From Alkalilimnicola ehrlichii MLHE-1 (lineage in GTDB: Bacteria; Pseudomonadota; Gammaproteobacteria; Nitrococcales; Halorhodospiraceae), in the NCBI RefSeq assembly GCF_000014785.1, contig NC_008340.1, positions 3,000,001 through 3,032,000 on the forward strand: a stretch of DNA of 32,000 bases, given 5' to 3'. Shown here in pieces: positions 9,929 through 16,786 of this stretch. Below the pieces are notes generated by a model, which saw only the letters and a list, made by a program, of their open reading frames with translations, searched no databases and was not told where the DNA came from. The number at the start of each line of letters is the position of its first letter. The first letter of the stretch is position 1. The position numbers were made by a program, and so were the translations under genes.

Positions 9929-11307
9929 TGCTCCTCCCCGGCGTCAGTGGACGCCTCGCGGTCGGCGGGCACCAGGCGACCCACCGTGAGCTGATCATCC
10001 ACCAGGTAGCGCCGGGCGACGCGCTGGATGTCCTCAGCGGTCACGGTCTGCACCCCCTCCAGGAAGCGCTCACCGGCCTCCCAGCCGATCCCGGTGCTCT
10101 CCAGCGCCCCCAGACGCATCGCCTGCGCCCGCATGGAGTCCTGACTGAAGAGTTCATCCGCCACGTACTGGCGGCGGGCGCGGACCAACCGCTCCTCGTC
10201 CAGCGGCTCCTCCTGCAACCGCTGCACTTCCTCGCGCAGGGCGGCCTCCAGCTCGTCCAGTCCGGCGCCGGGTGCGGGGCGGCCGGCAAGCAGGAACAGA
10301 TCCTGGAGGCGCGCGGTGGCGGAATAGCTGGCCCCGGCGCCCACGGCCACGCCCTGCTGCCGCTCCAGGCGCTCGGGCAGGATGGCCGCCTGGCCGCCGG
10401 AGAGCACGGCGCGAAGCAGCGCCAGGGCGTAGACCTCACGCAGGGCCTCCTCGTCTTCCCGGTCGATACTGCCCAGGGTGGGCACCCGCCAGCCCATGGC
10501 CAGGTAGGGGAGTTCCGCCGGGATACGCACGGTCACGGCGCGCTCACCCGGGTCGGGGATATCGCCGCCGGGGATGGGTTCGGGCCGCTCGCGGGCCGGG
10601 ACTGGACCAAAATGCTCCTCGGCCAGGGCAAAAACCGCATCCGGGTCCACGGCGCCGACGACCACCAGGGTGGCGCTCTCCGGGCCGTGCCAGCGCCGGT
10701 ACCAGTCCTCCACCTCGGACAGGCGCAACCGGTCCAGGTCCTCCATCCAGCCGATCACCGGCTGGCCGTAGGGACTGGCGCTCCAGGCCACGGCCCGGAA
10801 GCGCTCCATGAACTTGGCGGTGGGGTTGTCCTCCACCCGTTGACGGCGCTCTTCGCGCACCACCTCCATCTCACGCTCGTACTCACCCTGATCGAAGACC
10901 AGGTTCTGCATGCGGTCGGCCTCCAACTCGAAGGCCAAAGGCAGGTGCTCCACCGCCAGCTGCTGGTGGTAGCCGGTAAAATCCCGGCCGGTGAAGGCGT
11001 TCTGGCGCCCCCCACGCTCGGCGATAAGACGGGAAAACTCGCCGGTCGGGCGGGTCTCCGTGCCTTTGAACATCATGTGCTCGACCACGTGGGAGATGCC
11101 GGTCAGCGGCCGCTGTTCGTAGCTGGAGCCGACGGCAAACCAGACCATGCTCACCACCACCGGCGCCCGGTGGTCCTCGCGCACCACCACCGTCATGCCG
11201 TTGTCCAGCGTGTACTCGTGGACCGCGGGCGTGCCGGCCACCGCCGGCGGGACCAGCCAGGCCAGGCCGAGGGCCAGGCCGGTGGCCATCAGAATTCGGG
11301 CTCTCAT
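9925..11307 (-). CDS. M16-family zinc metallopeptidase (pitrilysin/insulinase-like, secreted)
   Basis: It contains GISHVVEHMMFKGT (HxxEH zinc motif). The start is chosen at ATG 11307 (MRARILMATGLALGLAWLVPPAVAG signal peptide) with GGGGAGGAA upstream. The track start at 11460 adds a non-protein-like extension. Confidence 0.9.
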   Translation of the reverse strand: MRARILMATGLALGLAWLVPPAVAGTPAVHEYTLDNGMTVVVREDHRAPVVVSMVWFAVGSSYEQRPLTGISHVVEHMMFKGTETRPTGEFSRLIAERGGRQNAFTGRDFTGYHQQLAVEHLPLAFELEADRMQNLVFDQGEYEREMEVVREERRQRVEDNPTAKFMERFRAVAWSASPYGQPVIGWMEDLDRLRLSEVEDWYRRWHGPESATLVVVGAVDPDAVFALAEEHFGPVPARERPEPIPGGDIPDPGERAVTVRIPAELPYLAMGWRVPTLGSIDREDEEALREVYALALLRAVLSGGQAAILPERLERQQGVAVGAGASYSATARLQDLFLLAGRPAPGAGLDELEAALREEVQRLQEEPLDEERLVRARRQYVADELFSQDSMRAQAMRLGALESTGIGWEAGERFLEGVQTVTAEDIQRVARRYLVDDQLTVGRLVPADREASTDAGEEQ

Positions 11308-11496
11308 CAGGCAGTTCCTCCCCGTGTTACCGCCATGCACCGCGACAGTCTCACACCGCCACGGGGGAATGATAGGATACCGGACAGCCACGCCGGGCCG
11401 GACGACCCGCCCACACCACACCCTGTGGGGGCGACCGTGCGCTGCTTCGGCCATAGCCAACCTTCATGCTCCCAACTATTGAGGACCATCGAAACC

Positions 11497-12666
11497 ATGT
11501 GGGGTTTCGGACGTAAGAAAAAGCAGCGCCGACAGGCCGAAGAGGAAGCCCGCCGCGCCGCCGAGGAGGCCGCCAAGGCGGAGACGACCCCCGGGCCCGA
11601 GGCGGAACCCGAGCCGGAGGCAGAGCCCGAGCCGGAGACGGAAACCGAGGCGGCGACGGAAACCGAGGCGGAAGCAGCCCCTGTCAGCGCTGAGCCGGCC
11701 GAGGTACCGGATGAACCGCGCAAACAGGGCCTGTTCGCCCGCCTGCGCGCCGGGCTGTCGCGCACCCGAAGCGGGCTCACCGAGGGCATTGCCAGCCTGT
11801 TCCTGGGCAGCAAGACCATCGACGACGACCTGCTGGAGGAGCTCGAGACCCAACTGCTGCTGGCAGATGTCGGGGTCGAGGCCACTCAGCGCATCATCGA
11901 CGGGCTCACCGCCCGGCTGCGCCGCGCCGAACTCAAGGACACCGACGCCCTGTTCCAGGCGCTCAAGGAGGACATGACGGCCATCCTCAGCCCCTGCGAG
12001 GCGCCGCTGGAGCTGCCCAACGAGCCGAAACCCTTTGTCATCCTGATGGTGGGCATCAACGGCGCCGGCAAGACCACCACCATCGGCAAACTGGCCCGCC
12101 GCTTCGGCGACCAGGGCAAGCGCGTGATGCTGGCCGCCGGCGACACCTTCCGGGCGGCGGCGGTGGAGCAGCTCCAGGCCTGGGGCGAGCGCAACAACAC
12201 CCCGGTGATCGCCCAGCACACCGGCGCCGACGCGGCCTCGGTGGTCTTCGACGGCTGGCAGGCGGCTAAGGCGCGCGGCTCTGATGTGCTCATCGCCGAC
12301 ACCGCCGGCCGGCTGCATACTCAGAGCAACCTGATGGAGGAGCTGCGCAAGATCAAGCGCGTGCTCGGCAAGCAGGACCCTACCGCCCCCCATGAGACCC
12401 TGCTGGTGCTGGACGCCGGCAACGGCCAGAACGCGCTGGCCCAGGCGCGGGAGTTCCACCAGGCCATCGGCCTGGACGGGGTAGTGATCACCAAGCTGGA
12501 CGGCACCGCCCGCGGCGGGGTGATCTTCGCCATCGCCGAGCAGCTCAGGCTCCCCATCCGCTTCATCGGCGTCGGCGAGTCGGCGGAGGACCTGCGTCCC
12601 TTCGTGGCCGCGGACTTCGTCGAGGCCCTGTTACAACGTGACGACCAGGGCCAGGCCACCGGATGA
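11497..12666 (+). CDS. ftsY: Signal recognition particle receptor
   Basis: This is the 3' part of track ORF 9829..12666; the upstream part is antisense to the M16 genes. The protein opens MWGFGRKKKQRRQ and has an acidic A-domain. The NG domain reads MVGINGAGKTTTIGKLA, DTAGRLH and TKLDGTARGG. Confidence 0.95.
   Translation: MWGFGRKKKQRRQAEEEARRAAEEAAKAETTPGPEAEPEPEAEPEPETETEAATETEAEAAPVSAEPAEVPDEPRKQGLFARLRAGLSRTRSGLTEGIASLFLGSKTIDDDLLEELETQLLLADVGVEATQRIIDGLTARLRRAELKDTDALFQALKEDMTAILSPCEAPLELPNEPKPFVILMVGINGAGKTTTIGKLARRFGDQGKRVMLAAGDTFRAAAVEQLQAWGERNNTPVIAQHTGADAASVVFDGWQAAKARGSDVLIADTAGRLHTQSNLMEELRKIKRVLGKQDPTAPHETLLVLDAGNGQNALAQAREFHQAIGLDGVVITKLDGTARGGVIFAIAEQLRLPIRFIGVGESAEDLRPFVAADFVEALLQRDDQGQATG
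11608..11672 (+). repeat. In-frame 18-nt periodic tandem repeats inside the ftsY acidic A-domain
   Basis: CCCGAGCCGGAG occurs at 11608-11619 and at 11626-11637. GACGGAAACCGAGGCGG[C/A] occurs at 11637-11654 and at 11655-11672 (17/18 identical). The region encodes PEPEAEPEPETETEAATETEAE. Confidence 0.8.
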
Positions 12667-13337
12667 TCCGCTTCGAGGGCGTCAGCAAGCGCTATCGCGG
12701 GGGGTTCGAGGCCCTGCGCAACCTGCAACTGGAGATCGGCCAGGGCGAGATGGTGTTCGTCACCGGCCACTCCGGCGCCGGCAAGAGCACCCTGCTGCGC
12801 CTGATCCCGCTGCTGGAACGCCCCAGTCAGGGCCAGGTGGTGGTGGGCGGCATCAACCTCTCGCGCCTGCGCAAGGGACAGATCCCCCAGCTGCGCCGCC
12901 GTATCGGCATGATCTTCCAGGACCACCGGCTCCTGTTCGACCGTACGGTCTATGAAAACGTCGCCCTGCCGCTGATCATCCGCGGCACCCCCCACCGGGA
13001 GGTGGGCCGGCGGGTGCGCGCGGCCCTGGGCAAGGTCGGCCTGCTTAGCAAGGAGAAGGCCTACCCGATCACCCTCTCCGGCGGCGAGCAACAGCGGGTA
13101 GGCATCGCCCGCGCCGTGGTCTCGCGCCCGCCGGTGCTGCTGGCCGACGAGCCCACCGGCAACCTGGACCCGGCGCTGTCCGAGGAGATCATGCAGCTCT
13201 TTCTGGAGTTCCGCCGGGTGGGCATCACCGTGGTCATCGCCAGTCACGACCTGGACCTGATCGCCCGGCTGCGCCAGCGGGTCATCACCCTGGAGCACGG
13301 CCGCCTGATCGACGACTGGCAGGGAGCCGCCGCCTGA
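12663..13337 (+). CDS. ftsE: Cell-division ABC transporter ATP-binding protein
   Basis: It reads MIRFEGVSKRY, has Walker A GHSGAGKST and the ABC signature LSGGEQQRVGIARA. The start overlaps the ftsY stop (ATGA). Confidence 0.96.
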   Translation: MIRFEGVSKRYRGGFEALRNLQLEIGQGEMVFVTGHSGAGKSTLLRLIPLLERPSQGQVVVGGINLSRLRKGQIPQLRRRIGMIFQDHRLLFDRTVYENVALPLIIRGTPHREVGRRVRAALGKVGLLSKEKAYPITLSGGEQQRVGIARAVVSRPPVLLADEPTGNLDPALSEEIMQLFLEFRRVGITVVIASHDLDLIARLRQRVITLEHGRLIDDWQGAAA

Positions 13338-14284
13338 TGCCCCGCCGCGGTCCCCGCGCCTGGCGCGAGCGCCTGCGCGTCTATTTCGCCCAGCACGCCC
13401 AGGCCCTGGTCAGCGCCCTGGGGCGTCTCTGGAGCCGGCCGCTGCAAAGCGGCATGACGGCGGCGGTGCTGGGCATCGCCCTGGCCCTGCCCGCCGGCTT
13501 TCTGCTGGCGCTGCAAAACCTGCAGACCCTCACCACCGACTGGGACGGCGGCACCCGCATCTCCGTCTACCTGGCGTTGAATGCCGATGAAGCCCGGCTG
13601 GGGGAACTGGCCGATGAGCTGAGCGCCGATGACCGCTTATCCGGCGTGCAGACCTACACCCCGGACGAGGCGCTGGAGGCGTTCCGCCAGCTCTCCGGTA
13701 TGGACGACGCCCTGGACCTGCTGGACGACAACCCGCTGCCGGCCACCCTGGTGCTCGCCCCGCGGCGCGATCTGCCCGCCGCCGCGGTGGCGGCACTGGC
13801 GGATGAGCTCGCGGAGCGTAGCGGCGTGGAGCAGGTGCAACTGGACCAGGAGTGGCTGCAACGGCTGCACGCCATTGTCGAGCTGGTGGAGCGCGCCGTC
13901 TGGGTGGTGGGGTTGCTGCTGGGGGCGGCGGTGCTGCTGGTGGTGGGCAACACCATCCGCCTGGCCATCAGCAACCGGCGCGAGGAGATCGTGATCACCA
14001 AACTCATCGGCGCCACCAATGGCTTTGTCCGCCGCCCCTTTCTCTACGAAGGCCTGTGGTACGGTCTGTTGGGCGGGGTGCTGGCCTGGCTGCTGCTGGA
14101 GATCGCCCGGCTGTGGCTCGGCGATACCGTCTCCGGGCTGGCCAGTCTCTACAGCAGTGGCTTCCGGCTAAGCGGCCCGGGCTTCACCGGCGCCCTCCAG
14201 ATCCTGGGCACCGGCATGCTGCTGGGCTGGCTCGGGGCCTGGCTGGCGGTCGGCCGCCACCTGTCCGCCATCGAACCCCGGTAG
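13337..14284 (+). CDS. ftsX: Cell-division ABC transporter permease
   Basis: It lies directly after ftsE (TGATG overlap). Four hydrophobic helices surround a periplasmic domain. The conserved stretch NTIRLAISNRREEIVITKLIGAT is present. Confidence 0.93.
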   Translation: MPRRGPRAWRERLRVYFAQHAQALVSALGRLWSRPLQSGMTAAVLGIALALPAGFLLALQNLQTLTTDWDGGTRISVYLALNADEARLGELADELSADDRLSGVQTYTPDEALEAFRQLSGMDDALDLLDDNPLPATLVLAPRRDLPAAAVAALADELAERSGVEQVQLDQEWLQRLHAIVELVERAVWVVGLLLGAAVLLVVGNTIRLAISNRREEIVITKLIGATNGFVRRPFLYEGLWYGLLGGVLAWLLLEIARLWLGDTVSGLASLYSSGFRLSGPGFTGALQILGTGMLLGWLGAWLAVGRHLSAIEPR

Positions 14285-14408
14285 GCGCCCACCACACCCC
14301 GGCCCGCCCAAGCCCGGCAATCCAGGCCTTGCGATCCCAGCCGGAATGGATTATTCATGGGGCAGCCTGCCCGCCCCGCCCACACGGCGCAACGGCTCGG
14401 CCATCACT

Positions 14409-14441
14409 GAACTTTCCCTCATGTCAGTGATCTCCTAAAAT
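14409..14441 (+). promoter_or_regulatory. Putative rpoH promoter region: sigmaE/AlgU-type GAACTT-N16-TCTCC overlapping a TAAAAT -10-like hexamer
   Basis: GAACTT sits at 14409-14414, followed by a 16-nt spacer, then TCTCC at 14431-14435. TAAAAT follows at 14436-14441. rpoH is a classical sigmaE/AlgU target in E. coli and Pseudomonas. The -10 element deviates from the TCTGA/TCAAA consensus. Confidence 0.4.
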
Positions 14442-14488
14442 AAGGCTTAGCAAGAAAAATGCCATCACTGATGGAGAGGACGAACAGC

Positions 14489-15346
14489 ATGACCACTGCA
14501 CTGGTACCGCTGAAACACGGCAACCTCCCCACTCCCGTCGGGAGCGAGGAGGCGTATATCCATGCGGTCAACCAGATCCCCGTGCTCAGCGCCGAGGAGG
14601 AGCACGAGCTCGCCGAGCGCTACCGCCTGCAGGGCGACCTGGACGCGGCCCGCGCACTGGTCCTGTCCCACCTGCGCTTCGTGGTCCACATCGCGCGCAG
14701 CTACCGCGGCTATGGCCTGCCGCTGGGCGACATCATCCAGGAGGGCAACGTGGGGCTGATGAAGGCCGTCAAGCGCTTCGATCCCGCCCAGGGGGTGCGC
14801 CTGGTCTCCTTCGCGGTGCACTGGATCCGCGCCGAGATCCACGAGTACGTGCTGCGCAACTGGCGCATCGTCAAGGTGGCCACCACCAAGGCCCAGCGCA
14901 AGCTATTCTTCAACCTGCGCAGCGGCCGCAAGCACCTGGGTTGGCTCACCAGCGAGGAGGTGGACGCCATGGCCAGGGACCTGGGGGTCAAACCCGAGAC
15001 GGTGCGCGAGATGGAAGCGCGCATGACCGGCAACGACACCACCTTCGACCCGACCCCGGGCCAGGACGACGAGGGCATTCATGCCCCGGTCGCCTACCTG
15101 GAGGACAAGCGCTACGACCCGGCCACCGCCGTCGAGGAGGCGGACTGGGAGCAGCACCGCGATCAGAACCTGCACCAGGCCCTGGCAGGACTGGACGAGC
15201 GGAGCCAGGACATCCTGGCCCGGCGCTGGCTGTCGGAGCGCAAGGCGACGCTGAAGGAGCTGGCCGAGCACTACCAGGTCTCGGCAGAGCGTATCCGGCA
15301 GTTGGAGAAAAACGCCATGGGCCGGCTCAAGACCGCCCTGGCCTGA
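14489..15346 (+). CDS. rpoH: RNA polymerase sigma-32 (heat-shock sigma factor)
   Basis: It reads [41 protein letters not shown]. The RpoH box [20 protein letters not shown] is present. The C-terminus reads [14 protein letters not shown]. The start at ATG 14489 (GGAGAGGA at 14473-14480) gives 285 aa, matching the E. coli length. The track start at 14459 is probably too early. Confidence 0.95.
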   Translation: MTTALVPLKHGNLPTPVGSEEAYIHAVNQIPVLSAEEEHELAERYRLQGDLDAARALVLSHLRFVVHIARSYRGYGLPLGDIIQEGNVGLMKAVKRFDPAQGVRLVSFAVHWIRAEIHEYVLRNWRIVKVATTKAQRKLFFNLRSGRKHLGWLTSEEVDAMARDLGVKPETVREMEARMTGNDTTFDPTPGQDDEGIHAPVAYLEDKRYDPATAVEEADWEQHRDQNLHQALAGLDERSQDILARRWLSERKATLKELAEHYQVSAERIRQLEKNAMGRLKTALA

Positions 15347-15449
15347 CCCCATCCCGAACATCCCCGCAGTCACACGCCGCCCGGCCGGACGCCCGCCCCC
15401 GGGCAGGGCCGGGTTTCTGCCGGGCGGCGCCCCGGGGCCAGCGTTCCGC

Positions 15450-15671
15450 TCAGAGCCCGTGGGGCTCCGCCGCCTCCAGCAAGGCGCCGAGCCCGGCCTC
15501 ATCCAGGCCGGCCAGGTACCGCTCGGCCTCCACCCAGTTGTCCACCGGCAGCGCCGCCTGCAGGGCCTGCCCTCCGTCGCGGGGCAGAAAGAGCGCCAGT
15601 GCCAGCCCGTAGGACTGGCGCCCCACGGTGATGTCCCACTCCCGCCCCTCGGCGTCGGTCATCGTCCTCAT
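15450..15671 (-). CDS. Small hypothetical protein (~73 aa), downstream of radC
   Basis: Track ORF 15450..15677. Codons are strongly GC3-biased like neighbouring genes. It reads MRTMTDAEGREWDITVGRQSYGLALALFLPRDGG... with no motif I recognise. The start is ambiguous: GTG 15677, ATG 15671 or ATG 15662. Confidence 0.5.
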   Translation of the reverse strand: MRTMTDAEGREWDITVGRQSYGLALALFLPRDGGQALQAALPVDNWVEAERYLAGLDEAGLGALLEAAEPHGL

Positions 15672-15714
15672 ACCCACCCCCGGCGGGCCCGCAGCCCGGC
15701 CTGTCGGTTGTTGC

Positions 15715-16389
15715 TCACATTAGGCCGCGCTCGGCGAAGGAAACCGGCCGGCCGTCACCCACCACGAAATGGTCCAATACCCGGATGTCCACCAGCCCCA
15801 GCGCCTCCTGCAACCGACGGGTCAGCGCCTGGTCAGCAACACTGGGCTCCGCCACCCCGGACGGGTGGTTGTGGGCCAGGATCACCGCCGCGGCGTTGTG
15901 CGCCAGCGCCCGCTGCACCACCTCGCGCGGGTAGACGCTGGCGGCGTCGATGGTGCCCTGGAACAGCTCCTCGTAGCGCACCACCCGGTGGCGGTTGTCC
16001 AGGAACAGGCAGGCGAATATCTCCCGCGACTGGTGGCGCAGCCGGGCGGTGAGATAGCGCGCCACCTGCTCGGGGCTGGTCAGGGCCTCGCCCCGCTCCA
16101 GCCCCGCGTGCAGGTGGCGGCGGGCCATCTCCAGCACGGCCTGTAGCTGGGTGAATTTCGCCGGCCCCAGCCCCAGGTGGTCGCAGAACCTGTCCAGGTC
16201 CGCCTCCAGCAGCGGCCGCAGCCCGCCGAAGGCCTCCAGCAACTCGCGCGCCAGATCCACCGCCGACAGCCCCTGCCGCCCGGTGCGTAGAAAGATCGCC
16301 AGTAGCTCGGCATCCGACAGCGCCCCCGCGCCCCGCTCCAGCAGCTTCTCCCGCGGCCGCTCGCCGGCCGGCCAATCCGTGATCGCCAT
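15715..16389 (-). CDS. radC: RadC-family JAB/MPN-domain protein (UPF0758)
   Basis: The protein opens [37 protein letters not shown] (HhH region) and contains the JAMM motif [16 protein letters not shown] 16389 is preceded by AAGGAGAGG. The track's 133-codon upstream extension runs through the palindromic repeat and is rejected. Confidence 0.92.
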
Positions 16390-16438
16390 TCCGTTACCTC
16401 TCCTTGGTTTCTGACCCGGCCGCCGTGCGCGCCCGGCG

Positions 16439-16657
16439 GCCTGTGGCGGTGGGGTCCTGGCGGGGCCGTGCCTGGGGTGGACCCGACTTTGGCGCACCGA
16501 GCAACGCAGGGAAAAATCGGGAAAAGCGCGTGCCTGTTCGAGCGAAGCGAGTTCACGCGCGCCGATTTTTCCCGAGTAGCGCAGGGCACCCCGAAGGGGT
16601 GCGCCATCGGAGGGTCCACCCCAGGCACGGCCCCGCCAGGACCCCACCGCCACAGGC
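16439..16657. repeat. Nested-hairpin intergenic element, copy 1 (219 bp)
   Basis: The outer inverted repeat is a perfect 46/46: 16439-16484 pairs with 16612-16657. Inner helices are 16490-16498/16598-16606 (9 bp), 16509-16520/16562-16573 (12 bp) and 16526-16532/16554-16560 (7 bp). The apical loop is 21 nt (16533-16553). A homologous copy lies at 27112-27333. Confidence 0.9.
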
Positions 16658-16786
16658 ACCCTAAACCCAGCGTCTCCTTGCGCCGGGCGAGGGGGCATCT
16701 TACCATTGCGCGTCTGAGCCGGCCCGGCCCCAGCGCCCGCGGCCGCCCACCCGTACACCACAGCACAACGGTTCCAACACCCAATC

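Noticed and set aside
9829-11496. 556-codon upstream extension of the ftsY ORF. Similar extensions occur at 3874-4416 (second GGDEF gene), 16390-16788 (radC), 25548-25736 (algZ) and 27832-28014 (CBS protein).
   Set aside because: The extensions run antisense through neighbouring genes or through the palindromic repeats. Internal starts with SD sequences give proteins of the expected family length.
15376-15428. GC-rich stem (GCCGCCCGGC at 15376-15385 pairing with GCCGGGCGGC at 15419-15428) between rpoH and the small ORF, as a bidirectional terminator.
   Set aside because: It has a long structured loop and no T-run on either side. This cannot be distinguished from chance pairing at this GC content.
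16439-16657. Retron msr/msd, DGR template, integron attC, CRISPR repeat or a MITE as the identity of the hairpin elements.
   Set aside because: The window contains no reverse transcriptase, integrase, cas gene or transposase. There is no tandem repeat-spacer array. attC R/L core sites (GTTRRRY) are absent. Unlike MITEs, the termini differ between copies while the interior is conserved, and no flanking target-site duplication is visible.
16404-16664. Small ORFs crossing the two hairpin elements (also 16468..16935, 27084..27422, 27115..27357, 26972..27391), some sharing peptides such as [11 protein letters not shown] and [11 protein letters not shown].
   Set aside because: The shared or mirrored peptides are a direct consequence of the DNA palindrome and of repeat homology. 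They appear in several frames on both strands and lack SD sequences, so they are not credible proteins.
16399-16680. The 8-bp direct repeat TCTCCTTG (16399-16406 and 16673-16680) as a target-site duplication of copy 1.
   Set aside because: The repeats are 32 and 15 nt away from the element ends rather than abutting them. The left one is simply the complement of the radC Shine-Dalgarno. This is probably coincidence.
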